A stretch of DNA of 64,000 bases from assembly GCA_943354965.1 (NCBI GenBank), contig CALRDN010000002.1, positions 38,029 to 102,028 of the forward strand. Reading direction: 5' to 3'. Under the pieces are notes generated by a model that saw only the letters and a list, made by a program, of their open reading frames with translations, searched no databases and had not been told where the DNA came from. Position 1 is the stretch's first letter; each line of letters starts with the position of its first letter. The stretch comes from Candidatus Peribacteria bacterium. GTDB lineage: Bacteria > Patescibacteriota > Gracilibacteria > UBA1369 > UBA12463. Positions 10,304 through 20,005 of this stretch are shown here, piece after piece. Made by a program: the position numbers and the translations under genes.

Positions 10304-12598
10304 TTATTCGCCCGACTCTAGAGGAATCTCCCTTGGAGTTCCCTCGCCGCTTACGTCGGCACAACCGCTACATACTAATTTCACATCACCCTCCTTGGAG
10401 GTTTTTTCCGTGATAAGCATGCCACATTTCTTGCACAACTCCCCTGTTGGCTTATCCCAAACCGCATTCTTACAATCAGGGTATTTATTACATCCATAGA
10501 AAGCCTTTCGTGTTTTCTTGGAGAATCGCTTAATCATCGAACCCTTGCCACACTTAGGACACTTGATAGCATTTGGATCATCGATAGAGACGATATTCTT
10601 ACACTTCGGATAGTTCGTACAGCCGAGGAATGAGCCAAAACGACTCGTCTTCACCGCCATATCACTTCCACACTTTTCACACTTTGTACCTTTTAACTTC
10701 TCCTCAAGATCTTTCTGTTCCTGTGTTTTTTCTTTTACGACAAGCGGTCTCTTAAATTTACATTCAGGATAATTGGTACAGGCGTAGAACTTTCCAAACC
10801 GTCCGAATTTAATCTGCAACGCATTGGAACATTCAGGGCACTTTTCTTCCGTTGACTCCGTAGTAATGTCGTCCTTCTTAATCGTCTCATTTTTCTCAAC
10901 AATCAATTTATGAAATGGCTCATAGAAGTCGCGAATCAATGGTACCCAGGCCTGCTTGCCCTCAGCAACCTTATCCAAACCTTCTTCCATTTCCGCCGTA
11001 AATTTGTAATCAACAATTTTCGGAAAGTGCTCAACCAAGAGATCCGTTACGAGCATTCCTAAATCAGTAGGCTTCAAAACTTTTCCATCTTTCTCAACAT
11101 ACAAACGCGCAATAATCGTAGAAATTGTCGGAGCATACGTACTCGGACGACCAATTCCCTCGGACTCAAGCTTCTTTACCAATGCTGCTTCGGTATATCG
11201 TGCAGGCGGTTTGGTGAAATGTTGTTCCGGCAAAAGTTCCTTCAAATCGACAGATTCATCTTTCTTCAAAAGTGGAAGAAGTTTTTCTCCATCTTTTTCC
11301 TCATCCTCTTCCTGATCATTTCCCTCCATATATACCTTCATGAATCCAGGGAAGACAACGGTCTGACCTGTAGCACGGAAGTTATACTGCTTGTGATTGT
11401 CAGGGGTAATATCCGCACCAACTTGCTTCAAAATAGCCTCAGCCATCTGACAAGCAACCGTGCGCTTCCATACTAACTCATAGAGATTAAACTGATCCTT
11501 GCTCAAATCGGACTTTACCTTGAACGGCTCGATCGACATATCTACCGGACGGATAGCTTCGTGAGCTTCCTGAGCACCCTTCTTTGATTTGAATTTGCGA
11601 GCAGTAGGGAGAAGATATTCTTTTCCATATAACTCCGTAATAATAGCATTGGCCTGCTCAATTGCGACATCAGACAAATTCGTAGAATCAGTACGCATGT
11701 AGGTAATAAGCGCTGTAGGCTTACCATCAACATCAACACCTTCGTACATTTGCTGTGCTACCATCATCGTCTTCTTTACCGAGAAACCAAGCTTACGAGA
11801 ACACTCTTGCTGTAATGTAGAAGTCGTAAACGGTGCAGCCGGTGAGCGCTTCACATCTTTTTCATCAACATTCGTTACCGTGAACGTATCTTTCTTAATT
11901 TCATCATGAATCACATTTGCATCCACTCCGTTTGTAACCTTCGCCTCCTTACCATTAATCTTCGTAAGAGCTGCGCGGAACTTTTCATCTCTTTTTGTAA
12001 GAAAATCAGCCGTCAAACTCCAATATTCATTAGGGACAAAAGCGAGGATTTCTCGCTCTCTATCCACAACTAAGCGAGTAGCGACACTTTGTACACGACC
12101 GGCCGAGAGACCATAACGAACCTTCTTCCACAATAATGGAGAAAGCTCATAACCCACCAATCTATCCAAAACACGTCGAGCCTGCTGGGCATCGATCATA
12201 TCCTGAAAAAGTTGTCGTGGATGTTTGATCGCCTCGAGAATAGCCTTCTCTGTAATTTCATGAAAAACGATTCTCTCTACTTTATTCTTCTTTGGATTAA
12301 TTTTGAGCGCCTCCAATAAATGCCATCCAATAGCCTCCCCTTCTCGGTCCTCATCAGTTGCCACCCAAATATTCGTATCCTTATCTATAAACGATTTAAG
12401 TTCGGTAATAACTTTTTTCTTATCCGGTGAAATTAAATATTCCGGGGCAAAATCATGCTCAATATCAACACCCATCTTCGATTTAGGAAGATCACGGACG
12501 TGTCCCATGGATGCACGAACCACGAAATTCTTGCTTAAAAAGCGCGAAATCGTCTTCGCTTTTGCAGGGGACTCTACGATAACAAGGTCTTTTGCCAT
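10304..12598 (-). CDS. topA: DNA topoisomerase I
   Basis: LVIVESPAKAKTI, ATDEDREGE, SAGRVQS, catalytic ITYMRTDS and C-terminal Zn ribbons. Start moved to ATG at 12598. Confidence 0.97.
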   Translation of the reverse strand: MAKDLVIVESPAKAKTISRFLSKNFVVRASMGHVRDLPKSKMGVDIEHDFAPEYLISPDKKKVITELKSFIDKDTNIWVATDEDREGEAIGWHLLEALKINPKKNKVERIVFHEITEKAILEAIKHPRQLFQDMIDAQQARRVLDRLVGYELSPLLWKKVRYGLSAGRVQSVATRLVVDREREILAFVPNEYWSLTADFLTKRDEKFRAALTKINGKEAKVTNGVDANVIHDEIKKDTFTVTNVDEKDVKRSPAAPFTTSTLQQECSRKLGFSVKKTMMVAQQMYEGVDVDGKPTALITYMRTDSTNLSDVAIEQANAIITELYGKEYLLPTARKFKSKKGAQEAHEAIRPVDMSIEPFKVKSDLSKDQFNLYELVWKRTVACQMAEAILKQVGADITPDNHKQYNFRATGQTVVFPGFMKVYMEGNDQEEDEEKDGEKLLPLLKKDESVDLKELLPEQHFTKPPARYTEAALVKKLESEGIGRPSTYAPTISTIIARLYVEKDGKVLKPTDLGMLVTDLLVEHFPKIVDYKFTAEMEEGLDKVAEGKQAWVPLIRDFYEPFHKLIVEKNETIKKDDITTESTEEKCPECSNALQIKFGRFGKFYACTNYPECKFKRPLVVKEKTQEQKDLEEKLKGTKCEKCGSDMAVKTSRFGSFLGCTNYPKCKNIVSIDDPNAIKCPKCGKGSMIKRFSKKTRKAFYGCNKYPDCKNAVWDKPTGELCKKCGMLITEKTSKEGDVKLVCSGCADVSGEGTPREIPLESGE

Positions 12599-12694
12599 AC
12601 CATCTGATTGTATTGAGAATTCGCTCGCTGTCAAATGAAGAGTGCAATTTTGGCTTTAAAAAAGGGAAATTTGCGGTCTTGAAGAAAACAAAAT

Positions 12695-12723
12695 TTGACA
12701 AAATGGCAAACAAACGCCAAAAT
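12695..12723 (+). promoter_or_regulatory. Sigma70-type promoter of the aro operon leader
   Basis: TTGACA (12695-12700), 17-bp spacer, CAAAAT (12718-12723). Confidence 0.6.
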
Positions 12724-12738
12724 AGAGACGTCTTAAAA

Positions 12739-12807
12739 ATGCACATGCAACATTCAGTCAACACTTTCGGATATTACTTTTGGAACTTCAACAACGTGAA
12801 GGCCTAG
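12739..12807 (+). CDS. Aromatic-amino-acid leader peptide MHMQHSVNTFGYYFWNFNNVKA
   Basis: 22-codon ORF with 6 aromatic codons (F,Y,Y,F,W,F) among 8 consecutive positions, directly upstream of a terminator and the aro operon. Confidence 0.85.
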   Translation: MHMQHSVNTFGYYFWNFNNVKA

Positions 12808-12843
12808 AGTGTTATGCGAAATTTCTTCCTCAAGGCCCTCACG
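12795..12843 (+). promoter_or_regulatory. Antiterminator helix of the attenuator
   Basis: CGTGAAGGCCT (12795-12805) pairs 10/11 with AGGCCCTCACG (12833-12843), sequestering the 5' arm of the terminator. Confidence 0.8.
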
Positions 12844-12857
12844 AAAGGGCTTTTTTT
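12832..12857 (+). terminator. Intrinsic terminator (attenuator)
   Basis: aagGCCCT-cacgaa-AGGGC followed by T7, 11 nt before the aroA ATG. Confidence 0.85.
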
Positions 12858-12868
12858 ATGCTTATATT

Positions 12869-14737
12869 ATGAAACTTATCGTCGAACCAACATTACGAAT
12901 TGAGGGTGAAGTCACTCCCCCACCATCCAAATCACACAGCGTGAGAGCGCTTCTATTAGCCACGTTAGCGCGGGGCACATCCACGCTAAAAAATATTTTA
13001 GAAGCTTCCGACACACGTGCCGCTATGGATGTTTGTAGAAAGCTCGGGGCAAAAATTACCTGCGTAAAAAATGCGACAGGAGGATTGGACTGCACGGTTG
13101 AGAGTAATGGAGCCCCACTTCAAACAGATGAAACAGAAATCTTTTCAGCAAATTCAGGAATCGCGACCACATTTACTATTCCTATTTTAGGGCTGAGAAA
13201 AGAGACAAAACACTCTATGATACTCTCATGCGGAGAGCAGATGATGCAGCGACCGATCGATACCATTCTCGATGCCGTTACGAAACTTGGATTAAAAATA
13301 AAAAGTACAAACGGGCACTGTCCGCTAAAAATATCAGGAGCATTAATCGGTAGTGAAATAGAAATTGATGGAACAAACTCTCAAAACGTATCAGCCCTTC
13401 TACTCGCACTTCCTCTCGCACCAAACACATCTATTATAAACGTAAAAAATCTGCAGGAACGTCCATATGTCGAGATGACGTTGCGATGTTTGGATGAGCA
13501 ACATATTACATACACACATACTCACAGTGGAGATATCGATCAGTTCACCATACCCGGGAACCAAATCTACAAGCCATTTGAAAAGACTACACCGGGTGAT
13601 TTTTCATCAGCATCCTACATCATTGCCGCTGCAGTTTTACTCCCGGGGCATGTAATTATTGATACGATGGACATGGCCGATTCGCAAGGAGACAAGCGGT
13701 TGATCACGATTCTGCAAGAGATGGGAGCGCACATAAAAATTGAAGGGAAAACAATCGTAATTGATGGTGGACACCCTCTCGCTGGCCAAGAAATCGACTG
13801 CAGTGATATTCCGGATATGGTGCCAACACTCGCGGTTATTGCCACGCAGGCTGAAGGAAAAACAACACTTACAAATGTCGGTCACGCCCGAATCAAGGAA
13901 ACTGATCGGCTAAAATCCATGGCAACTGAACTCAAAAAAATGGGAGCTAATATCGAGGAACACGCAACCTCGCTCGTCATATATCACAGCCGGCTCTTCT
14001 GTGCATCGCTCGACGGATACAACGATCACAGAACCATAATGGCACTCGCCATAGCCAGCCTTCTGCCTACTGACGGAGCAAGCAAAATCACAACAGCAGA
14101 GGGAATGGACAAGACATTTCCTAACTTCACCACCACTATGAACACTCTCGGCACAAAAATGCATACGGCTCAGCAGAGTTGTCCCTTGGGGACTTCAAGC
14201 CCTAAACATCTCATCCTCATCGGCTTCAAAAATGCCGGAAAAACGACAATCGGTCAGGATCTGGCCAAAAGACTTGGTCTACCATTCCGAGACCTGGATG
14301 AAAAAATCATCGCACATCATGAGAATATTTCAGGTAAAAAACAAAGTTGTAGAGAAATAATGAACGAGTACGGAGAAACATTTTTCAGAGATATGGAACG
14401 TATTGTTCTTGGGGAAGTCACAGCATCTCCCGACGTCAGCATTATCGCCCTAGGCGGAGGAACTCCGATAGTGGAAGAAAACCGTCCACTTCTCACTCCT
14501 CATCACGTTATTCACATTTCTGCCCCAAAGAGTATCGTGTTCGAGCGAATTATGATCAACGGCAAACCAGCGTTCTTCCCACAGGGCCAAGACGCCTTTA
14601 TCAGCTTCCAGGAGCTATGGAATTCCAGGGAGCCTATATTCGAAAAACTTGCTACAATGACCATCCACAACAACGGCTCTATCAAGGAATCTGTAGAAAG
14701 TATCCTACGACAACTCGTTATCAAAACCACCATATGA
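12869..14737 (+). CDS. aroA: EPSP synthase - shikimate kinase fusion (AroA-AroK)
   Basis: PPSKSHSVR, NSG, QRP, SQNVSALL, RIKETDR and DHR motifs of EPSPS. C-terminal P-loop GFKNAGKTT, DLD, FRDME and LGGG of shikimate kinase. Confidence 0.93.
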   Translation: MKLIVEPTLRIEGEVTPPPSKSHSVRALLLATLARGTSTLKNILEASDTRAAMDVCRKLGAKITCVKNATGGLDCTVESNGAPLQTDETEIFSANSGIATTFTIPILGLRKETKHSMILSCGEQMMQRPIDTILDAVTKLGLKIKSTNGHCPLKISGALIGSEIEIDGTNSQNVSALLLALPLAPNTSIINVKNLQERPYVEMTLRCLDEQHITYTHTHSGDIDQFTIPGNQIYKPFEKTTPGDFSSASYIIAAAVLLPGHVIIDTMDMADSQGDKRLITILQEMGAHIKIEGKTIVIDGGHPLAGQEIDCSDIPDMVPTLAVIATQAEGKTTLTNVGHARIKETDRLKSMATELKKMGANIEEHATSLVIYHSRLFCASLDGYNDHRTIMALAIASLLPTDGASKITTAEGMDKTFPNFTTTMNTLGTKMHTAQQSCPLGTSSPKHLILIGFKNAGKTTIGQDLAKRLGLPFRDLDEKIIAHHENISGKKQSCREIMNEYGETFFRDMERIVLGEVTASPDVSIIALGGGTPIVEENRPLLTPHHVIHISAPKSIVFERIMINGKPAFFPQGQDAFISFQELWNSREPIFEKLATMTIHNNGSIKESVESILRQLVIKTTI

Positions 14738-15180
14738 AAACCATCCTCCTCATTCACGGACCAAATTTAAATCTCTTAGGAAAACGTGATCAAGCTCACT
14801 ATGGCTCACTTACATTAAAAAAATTAGAAGCAATAGTGAAGGCGGAAGCAAAAGTACTGGGCTATCGAATCCTGCCATTCCAGTCCAACCACGAAGGAGA
14901 ACTAATTGATTTTATTCAAAAGAATTCAGAAAAAACAGATGGAATACTTATCAATCCTGGAGCACTCACGCACTATAGTTATTCGCTCCATGATGCCATA
15001 ATCGACGCACGGATACCGACCGTAGAAGTTCACCTCTCCGACATAAACAAAAGAGAATCCTGGAGAAAAATATCAGTAACAAAACCTGCCTGCATCGGGC
15101 AAAAATTCGGCAAGAAAGAAAAAAGTTATCTAGAAGGACTCACATTACTGCATAAAAAATTGACCACCAAAAAATCATGA
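14734..15180 (+). CDS. aroQ: Type II 3-dehydroquinate dehydratase
   Basis: HGPNLNLLGKR..YG, QSNHEG, INPGALTHYS and EVHLSD motifs. ATGA overlap with the aroA stop. Confidence 0.95.
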   Translation: MKTILLIHGPNLNLLGKRDQAHYGSLTLKKLEAIVKAEAKVLGYRILPFQSNHEGELIDFIQKNSEKTDGILINPGALTHYSYSLHDAIIDARIPTVEVHLSDINKRESWRKISVTKPACIGQKFGKKEKSYLEGLTLLHKKLTTKKS

Positions 15181-16223
15181 ACGTTACTATTATTAAACAA
15201 CTTCCCACGGCGGAAGAAATCATACAGGCATTTCCCCTCTCAGAGACCGCGCACATGCAAGTAGCACGCGATCAGCAGGAGGTAAAAGATATTATTTCCG
15301 GAAAAGACAATCGCATGATCGTCATTGTCGGCCCATGCTCGGCATGGCCATTTGACGCGACGCTCACCTATGCAAAAAAGCTAAAGACACTCGAAGAAAA
15401 GCTCAAGGACAAGCTGAAAATCATCATGCGGGTATACATCCAAAAACCACGAACCAGCAAGGGCTGGACCGGCCCAATCAACCAGCCAAATCCATTCACC
15501 GAACCGGACATCGCACAGGGTATTCGTTACAGTCGCGACATTATGGTAAGAATTATTGAGATGGGATTGCCAATATCAGATGAGTCCGTTTTCACACACA
15601 ATGCAAAGGGCTTCAACGAGCTTCTTGCGTGGGTAGCAATCGGTGCACGTAGCACCGAAGATCAAGAACACCGCGTATTTGCATCCTGTATCGACGCTCC
15701 CGTTGGTATGAAAAATCCAACAAGTGGTAACCTGGAAATTGGCGTAAATAGTATCATCGCCGCTCAAGCACAACACACCGCCGTGTTCCATGGAGCGCAA
15801 GTGCAGACCCATGGAAATCCGTATGCACATCTCGTTTTGCGAGGTGGACTCGATCAACCAAACTACCACGTAGAAGATCTCTACACCGCGAAAAAACAGC
15901 TAGAAATAGCCAAAGTGAGCAACCCTGCCGTAATCATTGATGCGAGTCATGACAACTGCAAAGTAAATGGTGCGAAAGACCCGGCACAGCAGATGAACGT
16001 CATCCGTGAGGTACTCACGACGCTAAAAGAACATCCTGATTTACAACCGCTCATAAAAGGATTCATGATTGAAAGCTTCATAAAAGGAGGCTGTCAAAAA
16101 GTAGAAAAACTCACCTCGGAAACAATTGATCTTGATGGACTTTCTATCACTGATCCATGTCTCAGCTGGGAACAAACAGAAAATATTTTAAACACCATTG
16201 CTCATGAACACCACATTGCTTAA
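15177..16223 (+). CDS. DAHP synthase, class I-alpha (AroF/G/H type)
   Basis: VGPCS, MRVYIQKPRT, AIGARSTEDQEHR, VGMKN, IDASHDN and SITDPC motifs. Confidence 0.93.
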   Translation: MNVTIIKQLPTAEEIIQAFPLSETAHMQVARDQQEVKDIISGKDNRMIVIVGPCSAWPFDATLTYAKKLKTLEEKLKDKLKIIMRVYIQKPRTSKGWTGPINQPNPFTEPDIAQGIRYSRDIMVRIIEMGLPISDESVFTHNAKGFNELLAWVAIGARSTEDQEHRVFASCIDAPVGMKNPTSGNLEIGVNSIIAAQAQHTAVFHGAQVQTHGNPYAHLVLRGGLDQPNYHVEDLYTAKKQLEIAKVSNPAVIIDASHDNCKVNGAKDPAQQMNVIREVLTTLKEHPDLQPLIKGFMIESFIKGGCQKVEKLTSETIDLDGLSITDPCLSWEQTENILNTIAHEHHIA

Positions 16224-17331
16224 TGTAAAATTACCGCAGCCAGAAGCCATAAAATACCAAGTTAATATTGGAACCGAATTAATAAAAAAAATCCCATCTC
16301 TTCTTGGGACACTTACTCCTGTTGCACGATATATTATCATCACGGACACCATGATGAACAATATATATGGCACTGCAATAATAAATATATTTAAAAAAGC
16401 CGATCTGCAAGCAGATATCATAACGTTCCCAGCAGGAGAAAAAAATAAGACTGAGGCAACCCATAGGAAGCTCACGCATAAAATGTTACAGAAAAAATGT
16501 GGACGCGACACGATGATTATCGCACTTGGCGGAGGTGTGGTCGGAGACACAGCGGGATACGTTGCCGCAACGTATATGAGAGGCATTCCATATATCAATA
16601 TCCCAACATCATTTCTTGCCATGGTGGACAGTTCGATAGGTGGAAAAGTTGGTGTAGATACGAAATTTGGGAAAAATCTTATCGGTGCGTTTTGGCATCC
16701 AGAAGCAGTAATAGTTGATATTGATTATTTAAAAAAACTCCCACAAACTCAACTCGTAAATGGTCTCATGGAGTCCATAAAGATATTTCTTACATATAAT
16801 AAAGAAATGCTTGAAATGGTAGAAAATAATTGGAAAAAAGTTTTGAAAAAAGATTTAAGTCTTCTTCAGAAAATCATCGCGCGTTCCATCGAACTAAAAA
16901 TAGGTGTTGTCACAAGAGATGAGCACGAAGCCAATGAACGCATGGTGGTAAACTGGGGACATACGATCGGGCATGCCATCGAACATCTAAGTAATTTTTC
17001 CTTCGGACACGGGTACTGCGTAGGATATGGCATCCTAGTCGAAAGTAAAATCGCAGAATTAATGGGAGTACTATCAATCGAAGATTTTGAGAAAGTATGC
17101 GAGATGATGCATGGATTCGGAATTACAAAAAAAGCACTCAAGGACATACTCAAAAAATTCAGTATACAAGCCATTGTCAAACAGACGCTCATTGATAAAA
17201 AAGCACGAAATGGAAAAGTAAAATACGTACTTCTAGAAAAAATCGGATCAGTAAAAACAACAAAAGGAATGTTCGGACATGAAATTGATAAAAACATGGT
17301 TAAAAAAGCACTCACATACTTCACAAAATAA
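16204..17331 (+). CDS. aroB: 3-dehydroquinate synthase
   Basis: GEKNK, ALGGGVVGD, MRG, VDSSIGGK, KNLIG and NWGHTIGHAIE motifs. Confidence 0.95.
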   Translation: MNTTLLNVKLPQPEAIKYQVNIGTELIKKIPSLLGTLTPVARYIIITDTMMNNIYGTAIINIFKKADLQADIITFPAGEKNKTEATHRKLTHKMLQKKCGRDTMIIALGGGVVGDTAGYVAATYMRGIPYINIPTSFLAMVDSSIGGKVGVDTKFGKNLIGAFWHPEAVIVDIDYLKKLPQTQLVNGLMESIKIFLTYNKEMLEMVENNWKKVLKKDLSLLQKIIARSIELKIGVVTRDEHEANERMVVNWGHTIGHAIEHLSNFSFGHGYCVGYGILVESKIAELMGVLSIEDFEKVCEMMHGFGITKKALKDILKKFSIQAIVKQTLIDKKARNGKVKYVLLEKIGSVKTTKGMFGHEIDKNMVKKALTYFTK

Positions 17332-17335
17332 TACT

Positions 17336-18427
17336 ATGGCAGGAAATACATTCGGAAAATTATTTCAAATCACTACATTCGGAGAGTCTCATGGAGACGG
17401 AATCGGCGTTGTGATCGATGGATGTCCTGCGGGACTCGAGATAACTCGTGAAGAAATTCAAAAAGAGCTCGACCGACGCAAGCCTGGAACAAGCCACTTA
17501 ACAACACCACGTCAGGAAAAAGATCAGGTAGAAATGCTATCGGGAATATTTGAAGGGAAGACAATGGGAACGCCAATTGCACTGCTCATCAGAAACCAAG
17601 ATCAGATTCCTGCAGTCTACGAACCAATAAAAGACCTCTACAGGCCGGGACATGCAGATGCAACTTACGATGCAAAATATGGCATGCGAGATTGGAGAGG
17701 TGGCGGGCGCGCCTCTGCACGGGAGACGATCGGCCGCGTAGCGGCCGGCGCCATCGCCAAAAAACTGCTTGCACACGCCGGAATACAAATCACGGGATAC
17801 GTGACACAAATTGGAAACGTGAAAATTACACAAGTAGATGAAAGTACTATTACAACCAATCCCCTCAACTGCCCCGACGCAACCGTGCTCGATGCGATGA
17901 TTCAGGAGATCGAGACCGCGCGCAAAGACCTCGATTCCGTTGGCGGAATAGTAGAAATCATCGCGCGCGGAGTCCCCGCAGGCCTCGGCGAACCCGTTTT
18001 CGACAAACTCTCCGCCGATCTCGCCCATGGCATCATAAGTATACCCGCCGTAAAAGGCATCGAAATCGGTGACGGCTTTGCATGCGCATCCAAACACGGC
18101 AGCGAAAATAACGACGAGTGGGCACTCAAAAACGACAACAATAATAACTCCCACATCGGCACGACCACCAATCACGCCGGCGGTATCATCGGAGGAATCA
18201 GTAACGGAGAAGATATCCTCCTACGTTTCGCCCTTAAGCCTACCTCAAGCATAGCGAAAAAACAGCAAACGGTAGATAGAAACGGCACATCAGCCGAAAT
18301 CGAAGTCCATGGTCGTCACGACCCATGCGTTGCACCTCGTGCCGTCCCGGTTGGAGAAGCTATGGTCGCCCTCGTTCTCGCGGATCACTACCTCCGCAAC
18401 AAAATAAGCCGAATAGAAACTCTATGA
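17336..18427 (+). CDS. aroC: Chorismate synthase
   Basis: [36 protein letters not shown] and GRHDPC motifs. Confidence 0.97.
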   Translation: MAGNTFGKLFQITTFGESHGDGIGVVIDGCPAGLEITREEIQKELDRRKPGTSHLTTPRQEKDQVEMLSGIFEGKTMGTPIALLIRNQDQIPAVYEPIKDLYRPGHADATYDAKYGMRDWRGGGRASARETIGRVAAGAIAKKLLAHAGIQITGYVTQIGNVKITQVDESTITTNPLNCPDATVLDAMIQEIETARKDLDSVGGIVEIIARGVPAGLGEPVFDKLSADLAHGIISIPAVKGIEIGDGFACASKHGSENNDEWALKNDNNNNSHIGTTTNHAGGIIGGISNGEDILLRFALKPTSSIAKKQQTVDRNGTSAEIEVHGRHDPCVAPRAVPVGEAMVALVLADHYLRNKISRIETL

Positions 18428-19017
18428 AAAAAACCGCACCACACCAATCATCACCATCAACTTGCATCTCCGTTTCAGGAGCCCCGGGATCTTTCTCAGA
18501 AGAAGCCGCGCTGCTCTACGCGCAACGCCACGCCATCGCCAATCCGAAAATAGTCTTCTCAATCGACATGGAGGGAGTCCTCACATCACTCGACAAAAAA
18601 CAATCAGACATTGGAATTTTCCCAGTTGTAAATTCAAGAGGTGGCCTCGTACAAACTGCATTTAAAGCTATGGGAAAGCACGTATTCACCTACACGGACG
18701 AACTCTGGCTCGAAGTCTACCAATGCCTCATGACATTACCCGGCACCACCAAAAAGCAGATCAAAAAAATAGCGAGCCACCCACAAGCGCTATCACAATG
18801 CGAACGATACATCAGAAAAGAATTTCCAAACGCCAAACTCATCGAATGGGAAGACACAGCGAAGGCCGCAGCAGACCTCAGCAAAGGCAAATTATCAAAA
18901 GACACAGCCGTCATCGCACCAGCTCGATCTGCACAAATCTATGATCTCAAACTCATCGAAAAAGGCATTCAAGACAATCATCCCAACCTCACAACATTTA
19001 TCGCCGTCACAAAATAA
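18424..19017 (+). CDS. pheA: Prephenate dehydratase, catalytic domain only (no ACT domain)
   Basis: GAPGSFSEEAA, PVVNSRGG, SHPQALSQC, DTAKAA and IQD..NLTTF motifs. Protein ends immediately after the TRF-equivalent motif. Confidence 0.88.
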   Translation: MKKTAPHQSSPSTCISVSGAPGSFSEEAALLYAQRHAIANPKIVFSIDMEGVLTSLDKKQSDIGIFPVVNSRGGLVQTAFKAMGKHVFTYTDELWLEVYQCLMTLPGTTKKQIKKIASHPQALSQCERYIRKEFPNAKLIEWEDTAKAAADLSKGKLSKDTAVIAPARSAQIYDLKLIEKGIQDNHPNLTTFIAVTK

Positions 19018-19018
19018 C

Positions 19019-20005
19019 ATGAACAACAAGCCAACATTCGGCATCATCGGATTCGGACGTTTCGGAAAATTATGGGCTCAGGCCATAGAGCCATTTGGCG
19101 AAGTAAAAATTTTCGACAAGAAAAACAAGAAAAATTCACTCCTCGATACCATCAATTGCGACCTTGTTTTTCTCCTCGTTCCCATATCGGAAATGCAGTC
19201 CATCTGCAAAAAAATCGCACCACACCTCAAGCAAAACACTATCGTTATTGATGCCTGTTCCGTCAAAACACATCCGGTAAAAATGATGAAGAAATGGCTT
19301 CCTTCCAAACAGCCAATCATTGCCACGCATCCCCTGTTCGGCCCGGACTCTATTCAAAAAAATGGCTTAGCCAAGCAAAAAATAGTCATCAGTACTATTC
19401 GCGCCACCAAAGAAGAATTGGAAAAATTTGAAAGTCTTCTCAAGAAACTCCATCTCGAAATTCTCAAAACAACACCGCAAGAACACGACAAACAGATGGC
19501 GAAATCACAGGCACTTGTACATCTTCTCGGACGCGCCCTCGCGAAACTTCATCTCAAGCCGCAGGAAATTTCTACACCTGACTATCAAACACTCATACAG
19601 ATTAACAATATGGTGAATAATGACACGTGGGAGCTGTTTTATGATATGCAAAGAAAGAATCCATACGCAAAAAATATTCGAAAAGCACTCATACGCGCAC
19701 TACAGCAGTTTGAAAGCACTATTCAAGAAGGCCCGAAGAAATTCAAACCAACTATCACCTCCCTTCGTAAGAAAATAAACACCCTGGACAAAGAAATAAT
19801 CGAAACTATCAGCAAAAGATTATCAATAGTGGAGGAAATCGGAGCCCTCAAAAAACAGCAGCAAATAAAGATAAAAGACAGTACTCGTGAAAATAAACTT
19901 CACAATCTTCACGAAACTCTGGCAAAAAAGAAACACATCGACCCAAAAACAATTCACCACATATTCACCCTCCTCATGAAGGAGTCACGCCGCGCACAAT
20001 TATGA
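19019..20005 (+). CDS. tyrA: Prephenate/arogenate dehydrogenase fused to C-terminal chorismate mutase
   Basis: GFGRFG, DACSVK, THPLFGP and EHDKQMA motifs. C-terminal LRKKINTLDKEI..R..IGALK..RE..ESRRAQ matches an AroQ-class chorismate mutase. Confidence 0.9.
   Translation: MNNKPTFGIIGFGRFGKLWAQAIEPFGEVKIFDKKNKKNSLLDTINCDLVFLLVPISEMQSICKKIAPHLKQNTIVIDACSVKTHPVKMMKKWLPSKQPIIATHPLFGPDSIQKNGLAKQKIVISTIRATKEELEKFESLLKKLHLEILKTTPQEHDKQMAKSQALVHLLGRALAKLHLKPQEISTPDYQTLIQINNMVNNDTWELFYDMQRKNPYAKNIRKALIRALQQFESTIQEGPKKFKPTITSLRKKINTLDKEIIETISKRLSIVEEIGALKKQQQIKIKDSTRENKLHNLHETLAKKKHIDPKTIHHIFTLLMKESRRAQL

Noticed and set aside
12592..12868. ORF-track extensions 12592-12807 and 12809-12868
   Set aside because: They span the promoter and the attenuator terminator. 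The better starts are 12739 (leader) and 12869 (aroA).
17537..18175. 212-aa antisense ORF in aroC, and similar shadow ORFs such as 53185-53760 and 2558-3049
   Set aside because: They overlap well-supported genes on the opposite strand and carry no recognisable motifs.
14734..20005. Genetic code 25 (UGA=Gly), as in Gracilibacteria
   Set aside because: TGA ends full-length genes at ATGA overlaps, and conserved genes contain no in-frame TGA.
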